A program made the translations under genes and the position numbers. DNA of 64,000 nucleotides from Lingula anatina (taxonomy: Eukaryota > Animalia > Brachiopoda): assembly GCA_051362555.1 (NCBI GenBank), contig CM120640.1, forward strand, positions 44,618,788 through 44,682,787. The letters are read 5' to 3'. Below, piece by piece: positions 28,201 to 42,000 of the stretch (position 1 is the first letter of the stretch; each line of letters begins with the position of its first letter). A model generated the notes under the pieces. It did no database searches and was not told the origin of the DNA. It saw only the letters and a list, made by a program, of their open reading frames with translations.

Positions 28201-31200
28201 TGATTGAAAAATTGTTAATCATAAAACACCAAAAAGGCTTTCAACCTTTCAAATAAAAGAAAAATACAACATTACAAAAAAAGAGTCGTGCAGTATAATT
28301 CTATACTGGTACACACCTTCACACAAACAGTCGTCTATAATAATTGTATATTGAAGGATGACTATTATTAAATGTGAAAAAATTGATTAACACAACTACA
28401 GGAGGGCAGAGAATTCAGGCATTACATTTCATTTCTTCTTATTGAGAGCACTACAGAAACATGAAAAATTGCCATACATGATCATATGCTACTTGAGTAA
28501 CACACATATGAAATCAATTTTCCTTTTCTATGTTCTAAAGACACCAAATCCATATTTGTTACTGTACTGGGGTCACTTAGAACATAGAAGTGCTCTGTCT
28601 TATTCCTCACCAATGCCCACTTCTCTGAATTAATCATATATTTTTCCCTGCCATCACTGCTGCCTAATCATCTGCCCACACATCAACAAACACGCAGTGG
28701 AAAAGGATAGAGACAAACCTATAAAAGCACTCTCAGAGTCCAGTAATGCTGCACTTGTGCGACTTGAAGAGCGTGAAGCATCCTTGGCATTCCCATCACC
28801 TGAGGGTAGCAGGGAGCAGAGGAGGAAGAGGAGGAGGAGAGGAGGGTTATCATACTATGGCAGTATTATTGTCATTAAATAGAAAAAGTGCAATTGATTG
28901 GAATCCTCATGAGCAAATCATTGTTAATCAGCAACAGAGTATAATCAAAAATGTGACTTAAAAGTGCAATGCAATAAAATTATACACTGACTATATCTAA
29001 TAATAGAAATTGCTTTAAAAATTACATCTCTATGAGAAATACATTAATTTGAAGAATTAAACTGCACACATTTCATACAATTTCAAAATCTTTTTTTTTT
29101 TATTGCAAATGAGAAATCATAATCTTCTAGCGTGTAAAATGGTACCTGCATGATAAAATGTGACCTTTCATCAAGATGTGCAGATTATTAGTCATTTTTA
29201 AGTGTCTTTTAAAAGAAACGTTAGTGAAAATAGCTTAACATCAAGCCAATTCTAATATACCTATTATTGAACAAGAACACACAGTGCCAGCTTAGAAAAG
29301 TTTATTGGTTTCTGACCACATTAAAACCAAACATACTTTAACTTTAATCAATATAACAATTATCCTTACAAGTTTATCAGAATAAGTAGAAGCACAGAAT
29401 TACATGATAAATAGACCAATAAAATATAAGTCCCATATTTTAATGTTGCAATGAAAAGGCTAAATTTCCAAAACTGTGGAACTAAATAATGCAGGTGGAA
29501 CTGTGTGGGTGATGACTTAGACCTCCGTATGGGCTTAACTAAGCAGGTGGCACTGTATCTGTTGCTCTAATCAGATTGACTGTCAACAGTTTAATATGTG
29601 GAAAATCAGTGTTAATGAAATTATATTCTAAATACTAAGAAAGCACACTTTCACACAAAGATGGCATTTCCAAGAAATTCAGAGGGCAACAAACCTATGA
29701 AAGCAGTGTTGGAGTCCAGCATCGAGTCCTCTCTTATCATGCTGAGATCACGCTGCTTGGAGGGGCCAGGCTTAGCAGAAGAATTATCTAAGGAAAAGTT
29801 ATAAGCTGCAGGTCAAACAAATGCAAATAAATAAAATGAAGAACCCATGCAAATGAAAATATAAATAAAACATAAAAGAAACATGTCATGCAAATTATAA
29901 AATATTTCCAAATGTGGTCTAAGAATTCATAACTTGTCCAACACCCAACAAAAAAGGAAAATATGTATTATATAGTTGTATAAATGTACTAACTACACCT
30001 TCAACAAATAACTGCACATCAGCTCAACTGAAATTGCAATATGGTCAAACAAACAACTCTCCCAATGGATGGAGAAAATCAAGAGAGAGAGCATTCAAAA
30101 TACACAGTCAGGCAGACTGTCCCATCACATTCACAAACAGATGCTGCTGGCTATATATCAAATATGCCCATGCAAAAACCAACCTAAAGGCGTATCTCTT
30201 TCAAGTTCTGTGGTTTCAGATCTGACAATGTCTGGAACACTACCCAATGAAGCCTGACTAACAGCCCCTGTAGTAAAGCAAGGGTGATGTCTTGGTAATA
30301 TCAAAGCAGGCAACTAAAAGTAAAATTGGGTGGGTGGGTGGGGGTGGGGGGGGGGGGGGGGGGGGGTGGGGGGGGGGGGGGCAGGGGAATAGAGCCCCAA
30401 AAACTAAAGCCACTCATTCTAACATAATGCATTTATTGTGTCATAGAATGAAATTATCTATGAAATCCTAAAGCAAACAAGGCCAATAAGTATCAACATA
30501 ATCGAACACTTTCAATTTATAATGAAAAAAGACACTACAGATAACTTAACAAAAGGCACCTCTGAAATTTGTCAAAGAACTAATTGGAATAAAAAATTTC
30601 CAGCATACAGCTGATTCACACACAAAAATCTACATTCCAAACAAACAAAGTTCTATGAAACTGATGAAATAACATCATGGCTGCATAAGCCCAGTCATTA
30701 CCAACCTAGGGCAGAGTCTTTCTCAAGCACTACAGTGCCAGATCTAATTATTCCAGGCACCACATTCACTGATGTCTGACTATTTTCTCCTACAGGATAA
30801 TAGGAAAAATAAAACATAATGCCAAAGAAGTGCCTATACTTTCCTTAACATGGCATATTGTCTTACTTTTCTAATACCACTCTTGTGCCAAAAAGTCAAT
30901 ATGTCAGTTTTTTTTTCAAGATTGCTCATTTCAATTTTCTGACATGGAACAAACTTTTTAAAACTCTTATATCTTTCACTGTAAGAACATGAAAGGTAAA
31001 ACAAGTAAAGCAAAATATGATTAGGTACTTATGGGGAAGTTTTGCCAAGATACATGAAAATCAAAATCAATAACTTTTGTAGAAATGCTGCAATAATGCC
31101 TGTTTTCAAAAGGAGCCTGCACTTTTACCCTATAAAGCCACCAAGCATATGGTTTCAGGAGCGGATTGAGGCTGCCTTCTGGGTCTCCCGGAAGACAGTA

Positions 31201-31377
31201 AGATTTTCAAGTTTACATCAATGGGTATCTAATTTTTTTCTGTCAGAAGATGGTCAAAAATGGAGGATGGATTAACAAAGATAATTTGGAAGACTGTCAG
31301 AAAATATCTCTGGATCCGCCCCTGGGTTTAGCAGTTAGAAGATGAACAACAGTTGTGTCGCACAGAAACACATATAC

Positions 31378-31408
<31 letters not shown>

Positions 31409-34400
31409 TACTTATAGACTGTCTGTACATGTGAAAACACAGCCTTTTGTTTTTTGCTTTATAATATATTAAGTGGTCATAATTTTTTCCAAAAAAAATT
31501 AGGTTTATAATTTTGAAAGGTCAACCTTATTAATCATCTTTTTTTTTCTGTGTGTTTGTATGTGCATTTGTTTGTATCCAGTGTACCGAAGTATGCTCTT
31601 CATCTCCTACATCATTTTTCGAATTTGACAAATTCAACCTTTTGTCGTATGTTTCAACATAAAACTATAAAATCCCCATATTGAATTGACTCTGTAGTCA
31701 TTTTCCTTTCTTTTCCTTTCTATAAATAAATAAGTCTAGCCATATATCTAGGGGATTATGATCTCCTGTTTATGGTAAGGATATGTAACTAAACTTGCAA
31801 GCCAAGTATATTAAATACCCACTGGCAAACTACATTCAGCATTTCTAAAAGCACTTACTTCTCATACTCCTGATATAAAGCAATACATATTTCATGCACT
31901 GCTGCCATTTTGGCCAAAATGATCAGAGCTGAAAACATGGCAATTTAACTGATACACTGTTATTCTTTCTTCAGTCTCTTACTTGCTCTTAGCTCTGCTA
32001 GTCTATTTTCTTGTTCATCCAGCAGAGCTTGTTGCTGAACCTCTAGTGCCGTATCAGAGACAGGAACCCCCGGGTACTCACTGCGAAACTTCTGACGAGA
32101 TTCTGTATCCTCTGGGAAGTGACACAAATAAGAGTGGAAAAAGAGAAAAATGCAGAAAAAAATACAAAATAATAATGATAAAATCAAATAAGGGATAAAG
32201 AACAAAAATTACAAGACTATATAAGAGTGAATATAAAAATCATATATCACAAGAAACTTTTCAGAAATACTTTTTGTAGTGGAATAAATAGAGAGCATAG
32301 TTTCTTTATGATGATAGTGGAACCAAACTAAAATTGCACTCTAAAAGAGAAGCTCAAAGAAAAGGTTTTGCAGTGAGTGGACCATCAGATCATTTTTTTT
32401 TACATTATAGTGGGTCAAAAAACAATAACCCATCTATCAGACTTAATCTAAGGATGCTGTCTAACCAGCCAAGTATTTTGGTGTTATCACAAATCCTGCT
32501 GTGTTTGTGGTGAAGTTTCCCATTTTATGAATAATGTCTTATTTTGGTCATATATATATATTTGGGGTCAGAATAAATCTAATATCAGCTTCTTAGAAGT
32601 GCTTTCAACCAAGGTCAAGAATATTAAAATATCTACAAAAAAATGTAATTCTTGTTCTGAGCCTGGGGAGAATTTGTAGCTAATGGTGAAAAAAAATGTT
32701 CACATTTGAACTGTGCACAGTTTGATTTATGAATAGAAAATAGCTGCACAACACAAGTAGGTTAATCCATCTAATGCTTAAATATATAGCAAAAACTTAC
32801 TTTTGTACTTGAGATCATTGAATTCGTTCAGTTCTTTCCCTTGTGCAACACTATCTGCTGTCCTATTTCTTTTCACAGACACTGGTCTTCTTGGATCAAA
32901 TACATCCACAGGATCTCTCCTGAAACATTCAACAGAAATTCACCAGACTTTCCTTGAAGGTGTAAAATAACCCAAATTTTCTGGAAAATTCAACAATTTT
33001 TTCTTTAATCACCAAGGTATATCCTCTACAAAATGAAATAGAAAAAAAAATGTATATATTAAATATGAAACCATTTTCAAAATATAAATTTCAACTTGAA
33101 CTGTTGTACGTGAAATACCTCAGTCTCCATTAAAAAAGCAAATATACTAAAGAATTCAGCAATAAGTCTAAATCATAATTTTCTCCATAGCTTTTAATAT
33201 ACTGACATTTTCCATTTTTCTAGTATAGGCTCAAACATAACCTGAAATTGATTACAAAAGTTCCAGTTACTTACTGTGGTGGTCTTTGGCGCTGTGCCAC
33301 TCTTGGGTCAGAGACATCAACTTCATACTGAATTGATAAATAATTTACAGATAATTGAGGAGAAAGTGAAAATGGCATCTGAAATATGTTAAGTAACACA
33401 CACACACACACACACACTTAGATAAGGTACTGTAAGTGACTTAATCTTATACACAAGAAAGGTAGATAAAGCCTAGAACAAACCTTTTGTTGTTCTAAAG
33501 CATTTTCAACTTTCTTTCTCTCACTGTGCAACTGCTGTCTCATTGCTGCTAGTTGTCGCAAAACATCAGCACCTGAAATGTGCACAGATGAAAATATAAA
33601 CAAGCTATAAGGTAGATACATTCCTGCCGTGTGCATGTGGTTATTGACTCCTTATATATCAACAAAAGCAGTTTGTGCATATATAGGTTCAAGCACAAGT
33701 ATGTTACTGAGGATTTTTGAATAAATTTAATCAAAGTAAACCTGATACAAAATTAATACAAAACAATAAAAAAAACTGGATACACTTGTGGATCCACTAC
33801 CAGATGTCTATGAGCCAGTTTGATGGACGTATTTGGTAAAAGAAAGGTGCATATGAATTCATCAAATCAATCAAATCCATACCAACGTAAGAGGCAGACA
33901 GGTAGTCCTAATCTAAAGCTAATTTTAGAAAATATTTCCTAAAAACCCTATGAACACTTGATGGTTGGCTTTATCTGTACTCAGTACAATTTCTAATAAG
34001 TATAATATTTATATATTCTCAGATGAAACATGAAACCTGTATCCTGTAAGGAGATACTCACTCTGAGATCTGATCTCTGTATCACGTGCTGGCACTGGGG
34101 GAGATGTCCGCCCACTAGGTGTCACATCCTCTGTGTTACTACGCAGTGCAGGAATGGGTGGAGAGCGCACGTCTCTTGCAGGCTGCAGATTTAAAGAAAA
34201 ATTCCTTGTTAAAACAGTGAACTTAACATGCATATTTAAGCAACTCTGCCATTCCTTAAGGAATTTTTGGCTTATAATGGAGTCCAGCAGGTATGCCTTA
34301 AAACATTTATGGTTACTGACAGATATAGTAAAGTGATTTTGACTACAATTTAGATAACTCAGAAAACAATTTTCATTTCTAAAGAGACCATGTGATCATG

Positions 34401-36007
34401 GCCCTTTGAGGAAGAGAGGAGATTTTATGCCACAAAGAAGAAAAAACACATTAAGTCTCTTAAGAAATTATTTACGCCTTAGCAACATTGCACCACAGCA
34501 AATGAAAAACCTATATCAACACAATTTTGATCATTTGCTTTAAAACCAGTTCATTTTATCATCTCAATTTCCATCTTCATGATGTTGAGATTCTGCCCTA
34601 CTCAAAGTGAGTACACCCAGTGCCTCTGTAGAGGCTGTATTACATGTGGACTCACCGTCTGAGCAGTGCTGCCAGATCTTGCCGCTACAATTGCTGGCAC
34701 TGGTGGAGAACTCCCTCTTTGTTCCTAGCAGAAAAAAAATACAGTATTATGTTTCATAAGTCTTTTAGATTTCATTCTTCAATCCATCTTAAAAAAAAAA
34801 AAAAAATTACTGAGTGCAACTGTGACATATGTAGAGTTTCAATTTATAAAAATGATAAGTTATTGTTGCAAAGTATTTACTAGAAATCACAAGTTTGCAT
34901 TTTTTTTGTTATCCACTCTTGATACATAGTGTTTACCTCACCTTTTCCATATCTTCAAACATCCAAATACACTTCTTTAACTAATTTTTAATTTTTTTTG
35001 TTAAGTACAAATTTTTCAACAGCCTACATTATAAGCCTCACTGCCTCTTTTTTAATTTCAAGGAACCAATACAGTTTCATCATTTTCAATGTAGCAAATA
35101 ATGCTAATGAATTAATTAACTTTTTGAAAACTACTGTTAAATAATATAAACAAAGTATTCATATAACTTACCATAGCTTGCCTTTGCCTCTCTAAGCGCT
35201 CTTGCTCTTGCCTTTCTCTGATTTCTTGTTGCCTTTTTTCTTCTAATTCTTTCCTCCTTGCCTCAGCTTCCAGCCTCTTCTCCTCTGCCTGCTTCTTCAA
35301 CATTTCATTTTTCCTTTGCGTCTGCAATATGGTCAATTTGAGATGTGAAGGGGTGAATTTTTTCTAATTTGAACCTTTCCTCTATCTCTAACTGTGTTTG
35401 CTTTTTTCATCATGTCTTTCACAGTTACTGTAACATTACTCCCTCAAAAAACAAAAAACAAAAAAAAATGACCTACCTCTTCCTCCTTTTCTCTTTGCTT
35501 CTTTTGTTCAGCTTCAAACTCTGCCTGTATCTTCAACCTATCCTCTTCTATCTTCCTCATTTGCTTCTCCTCTTCTGCTTTGATTTTAGCTTTCTCTTCT
35601 TCCTCACGCTTCCTCTTTTCTTCAATCTGGCATTAGAAGAAAGTACAAAATTTAATTCTAAAAAGCATACTGCTATGCATTTTAAATCATGCATTGAAAA
35701 CAATCACTCAAATGTAAGGGGGGATAAATTAAATATATACATTTTTCTTTGTTCCTATAAATATTAAATTAAACATACCTGCTTTTTAAGTTCTTCTTGA
35801 TACAAATCTTTCTGAGATTTGGGCGTATTATCCTGTAACAACAACCATCTTATTAAACTACCCATTTTGATTTTGCAAAATTATCAGTGTTATAAATGTA
35901 ATACTTTCGCCATTTAGTAATATTCTGGAATAAACTATTAACTACATTTTAAAAAGGAAAATTTAAATTTTTTATGACCTCTTTGTGTAAGTAAGCATTA
36001 TCCTAAG

Positions 36008-36044
<37 letters not shown>

Positions 36045-39000
36045 TGCTAGTGCTCAAATATTGATAACCAAAAATGCACACAGATACTGAATTTTCTTTT
36101 TCCCCTTTGCTGTTATTTGACCAAATGAGGTTCTCCACACACTAAAAGCTTTCAGGTTTACTTATCATCAAAAAAAAACTTACAGTTGGTCCAAAGATGT
36201 CACTTTGCCCCCTGCCATGTCCCTCTCTGGGAGACAATCCAGGATAGTTCCCCTGGACCCCCCCACCAGGTGGTCCCTGGTCATGGAAGCCATATGGTGA
36301 GTCTGCAGCAAAGTTCACTACTGGAGGTGGTGCAGGAGTGCGGTCAGGTACCAGGCGGCGCGTGGGATCCTCTTCTCCTTCTTTGTTTGTTATGTGCATT
36401 CTCTTCAAGTCAGCTGTAATGTCACATTGATGTTTGTTATAGATGAAACAAATCAAAATAATGATTTTAATTTTGCACAAACCAGTGTGTGTGAGTGCAT
36501 GTGTGTGCTGGTGTTTATCTGAAGAAGCAGGAGACAATTTTGCCACTTCTTCTGTATCTATCTGAACATACCACACTGCATGGAAACACGTCTGTACTCA
36601 CCAACAAGATTTCCCTGCCTGTCTCTCAGTGGTGCACCACCGCCTCCTTTACCAAATGGATCATAGTTCTCTATTTCTGCCTGTTTCTTAAGGTCATACT
36701 TCTCCTGCTCCTCTTTAGCTAACTGTTTTTGTCTCTGCTTCTCTTCCATCTAAAAGGAGAACCATCCCAATTATTTGAAATGAAAACAATCATCAGCCTG
36801 GTTTGTGTCTTAAACAGTAAGAAATTCTTTACAGACATGTTAATGTTACATATGATTTTTACTGCTTGTGATTAGATGACACAAAATGTATCTATACTTT
36901 GTAAAATATATCTGGAAGATAATCAACAGGTTCTTCCTCTACTTATCAAAATACCATGGAATGTTTACTCCAGAAACTTCAAAGACAGACATAAACCATG
37001 GGCGATATGTAATGTTTATATGAGCAGTATAGTGATATTTCACCCATAGTAAGTAACTGATGCAAAATAAGAGAGTAATAATAAGACCTCTGATTATCAA
37101 GCTCTTAAGTATAATACCCCACCTGCAACCTAAGTTCTTCATTATAGGACTGTTTATCAGCTCTGGATTTACTGCGATCATTTCCTATAATGAAGCCCCC
37201 TTCTTGTGGGGGAGGATTCCTAAGTAATAAAATCAAAAGAAGTTAACATATACACATATATTGAATGGGATGACAAATGGTCATTGTAAAATGAATGATT
37301 CAGAAGTATTGTCTATTGTGAATTTAAGTTCCAAACCCTATTATCAAAAACTTAATAAGAATAAAACCAAGTAAAACAGGTATATCCTGTGTGGATTATG
37401 TCAGAATGACCTTTCCTGATCTGAACTCAATGAGATACTTATAATGTCTGTTCCTCATTGAGTTCCTGATCTGAACTCAATGAGGAACACACATTATAAG
37501 CATCCCCTTAGACCACTCATACATTACATATGTACCTGTCTCTGTTGGCATAACCCTGCTGAGGCTGCTGCGGTGGCTGCTGCTGTGTTTGCTGTGGGTA
37601 TTGTGGAAAGTTAGACGGACGGCCCACACCTGAGGGACCAGCTATACCACCAACTAAAAGGAATAGTTTAGACTGCTATAAACACAACCGCAGCTTTTAT
37701 CATGTATAAAATATGCACAGTTTTATCTTAGTCTATGTATCATAACTTAAGAGAGGTCCATCTGTTTGATTACTTTCTAAGCAAAAAACATTAACAATGC
37801 AAAAACAAGTTAGTTTTGTATTAATATACACGTGCATGTGCACTTAAGTTAAGACTGTTTGTGCCTGATCAGTGATAAGTGTGTATTATGCAAAAAGGTT
37901 TCAAACATAAGCAGTTATTAATTTTATATATTTATTTAATTATTTATTTGTAATATCAAATATTATTTTTTGCAATATCAAAGACTACATGATACCTACT
38001 TCCAGAGTCAACATCTAGTGGGTTTTTATTGGCATAATAATAATAAGCCTCATCCAGTGGGCTGTTGTATGGGCTAAGCTGGGGCTGACCAGCAGCTCCT
38101 AGATAGTCTCTGGAAAAAGCAGCAAATAACACTTATAAGTGACTTCAACATGGCTCATTAACATGTCAATTATACATTTGCTTATCAGAAACTATTTATC
38201 AGAATATTCTCATTTAAGAAGACTACTAGTTAATAATTCTGATCATCTAAGATCAAATTTAAATAACTTGGTCTTCAGGTCTGGAAAAATGTTTGGACTT
38301 AGGTTCTATCATAAAACCAACCCTTGATTTTAGTCTAATTGTTCATGTATTCAAGCCCATGCCACAGACTATCAAACAGTTTTCTATCAAGACTTCATTT
38401 TCCCTATCAATCAATTCTTTATTAAGTCGCTATATAACCGTATGGTTCTTACCCTGGCTGTCGGCTGAGCAGCCCAAGGCCAGGTTCTAGTGGTCTACCA
38501 TACAGGTCCCCTCCCCAGCCTCTGTCTAATATACTGGGAGCTGGTCTGGAAGAGGGCTCACTGAACAGCTGGGCCTGGTACTTCTGGAATGCTTGGGATC
38601 TGGGACTGAAATGAAAAAAAATCATATTACTGGAGCAATATTATTACTGAATTACAAAAATGGATATTTTCTAAACTGAAAAAGAAAAATGTTGTATATT
38701 TTATACTATTTTGCCACAAATTAACCAAATATCCAGACATGTTCTCATGAGCATGTAATGCCAAGTCTTTTCTTAAAGATTTCACATTAATAAACTGTTT
38801 ATCTACACCATTGGTTCTCCCGATAAATGATTAACCCAACATCCAAATGAATTCCTATTTTTATATCCCACATAAGAGTACCTTAAGTCTTCAGTCACAG
38901 GGTGATATGGCTGCACTGGCACACTCTGATACTGTCTTGGGGGACCCCTCTGCTCTGCTGGGGGTAATTCTCTCAGCCTATCAGGTCTCTTCTCTGGATC

Positions 39001-42000
39001 TTGTGCCCCTGAGACATTGATTCTCATGTCATTGGCCTTTTCCCTAAGGGTACATTGATAGGCAATCATATTAGAGTATGGTATGTAATAAAAGTACACA
39101 TATATTATGGAAATGGTAGTTAGACTATGTTTTACATGCATTTGTCTTAGCTAGCCTTCCCAATAAGGTCTAGGGCAAAAGCCCACAAAAATGGGATATA
39201 TAATCAGAAAGCCAGCATCACATAAAATAATGGGATAACTGTTTTATCATTTATTTATGTACAAATTTAAATAACAATGGCAATATTTCAAACTTGATAT
39301 ATGCCAATAATAGGTTGATTGCTTAAAATTGTGTAAAGCCAGAATATGAAATATATTGTCACAAGGGTGGGCAAATCAGAATTAAAGATTTATACTTCAA
39401 AAGATGATGATAAAAGTTATGTGCAGGAAAAAAATGTCAACCTTTTACACAAGCTTTTCATCAATGCAAGCAAAAGAAGTAAAAATATAATAATGATTAA
39501 GAATTATCTAATTTTCATGCTGACATAACAACAACAATAATAACAATAATAATAACAACCAGAAGGAACGCCAACTGCAGTTATTTAAAATTCATGTTTT
39601 AGTATGAGCAGAAAATCAAGATGAAACACTACCAGAGGAAAAAAAAAATTATTGAGCAAGATTTTCTTTGGCAACCAGCTGCCATACTCTACATGTGAAT
39701 GGAAAGCAAACAGCATTATGATCCCAAGATATTAGTAATGGAATTAAATACACATAACCATGTTAAAGCAATGGACATCACACAAGAGAAAAGCAAAAAA
39801 AAATCATGAGCCATGCTTTTATTCAAATATTAACACGAGAATTTTACAGATGCTTCTTACCTTTCCTTTTCCCTAAACACAAAAAACAGCTTTACTAGTA
39901 TATGGATTTGAAAGCAATAAAATTATCAGAGAATCTTTTGGTAAAAGTACATGATGATTGGTAATAAAAATGTGTTGTTCCAATGTGATTCACAATATTC
40001 CAGTCCATAAAAACAAAGTCATGCATTTTAAAAGACATCATCAACAAAGCATGCATTTTTAACATGCATCACTAAAATGCTGCAATTCTTATTGTTAATA
40101 ATTTACATTATGTGGTCATATTGAATTTTGTATACTAAATCATGCAGCTCTAAAGTTTGCTCAGTTGCTCATGTATATAATATCAGTGTTGGAAATCAGC
40201 TTCCACACTCCTTACAACATAAATCTACATGACTGGATACATAATAGTTACCTCTGCTTAGCTTCCTTGTCTCCCTTCATTTGTAATTCCAATTCTTTGC
40301 GGTATTCCTCCTGCTTCCTTCTCTTTGCACTTTCAGAATTTTCATGGCCTGCAGAAATATTTTAAAGTAAATAAACTTGACTGCCAAGATTTATATATAT
40401 TGACCGAATGTTAAATCACACCTTAACTAAGAAATTGTCCATGATGATTCAGTTAAATTGAATCTAGCTCTTAAAATTGTAGATATTATAGCTTATACTA
40501 ATCCATTAATGCAATGCAGGAGTTCAGTGTTTATGAATTTCATCTGTAATCTTTTAGAAAAACACTACTCTCAGCCTCTTTCTCTAACATAACATATCTT
40601 GACCTCAAACAGATATACACCCTTCCCCAAAGTTATATGGTCATTTTATTTCTATTTTTGAATCATCGAAAAGAATATCTGATAGTATTCCAACAAAGAC
40701 AAATCTATTTCTGTAATTAAGTTTACTCACCCACTAAGAGAGTAGCCCCAGCCTGCCTGCTGTCATCTTCCTGTGGGGGCTGGTAGCCTCTCCTGCCTTG
40801 CCTTGCAGGAGGCTCAGGGTCAGGATGTGTTCTCCTGGGACTGGGGTCTGGCTCCCTGGGGCCTCGCCGTCTGTCATCCTACAGAAAACAATGAAAAATT
40901 ATTATATCATAAGAGTCCGAAGAGTACAAAGTAAAAAGTACATCCTCTGAAAACAGTCCAATACACTCAAAGTGAATTTATTAATTTTGATTTAAATGAA
41001 ATCTGAAAAATATTTGCTACTGTGTATTCACTGCTACTTGCTTAAGACAACTTCACTACATTCTAAAAGATGATTTTCAGCAAAAAAAAAAAATCAAATA
41101 TGTACATAAAAATAGTAAATAATTAAAATGCACAAAAACTGTAACAACAAAATAAATTGACTGTCTGAAAACATATTAAAACCAAATATATGAATCATGT
41201 TTAAAGATATAAAACACCACTCTCACTAATACATCGCTCTTTCATCACCATTTCAACCTACTGCATGAAAATCAAATGGCAAAAGCTAACTACCACCTAC
41301 GGGTAAAATAAATAAATTTAAAAAAAAAAGAGCTGCAAAAAATGAATATAAAGTACCAAAGGCAAGTCAAAAACAATAATTATAAGAAGTATCTATGCTC
41401 TAACGTAGCAAAAAAAAAAACTAATTTGCTTTCATTACCAGACTGAGTTGAAAAATAATACTACAAGTTTTTTTTATACAGTGAAAAAGAGAGACACAAC
41501 ATGCACAAGTTTTAGTTTCTTGCTTCACAGTATGATGCAGCATGCATATGTTTATCATAAAATACCAATTTCCTGAAGCAATGACCAAGTAACCTTTGCA
41601 ATATATTGAATGATAAATCAAAGTATTTGATTAAAGGTGTTATGGTTTCATAGTAAACAGCCATCCAATACACACAATATTACAACCAAATAATCAGACA
41701 AACATAAAGAAATAAACATGTTATAACTGCAGTCCATTCAATTACCTCATGAATGGGAGATGGACTCCTTTGTCTTATCCTTGAAAGCTAATGAAAGCAA
41801 AAGCTTCTTTTAACAAAGCAAAAATCCCCATCCAGCACAACTAGTCAAAACACAGGTCTGTAGGCAGGGGGGTTGGGGGGGGGGCATACAACTGCCATTA
41901 TGACTGGGGAAAAGGTCTGCTTTGAATCAAAATTTTATTTTAAAAAGTACAATATGAGATCTCCCAGGAAAAAAGGTCCATTTTTTTAACTGCTTGCTAC

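Noticed and set aside
28697-28961. Plus-strand ORFs with an Arg-rich run
   Set aside because: Antisense of CSPP1 cassette exon D and its C-rich pyrimidine tract.
29261-29290. Possible fifth 30-nt phase 1-1 cassette (GTVCSCSIIG)
   Set aside because: Weak AAG acceptor, weak donor and marginal similarity; consistent with chance.
31586-31638. Candidate extra CSPP1 exon
   Set aside because: The phase needed to join its neighbours gives an immediate stop codon.
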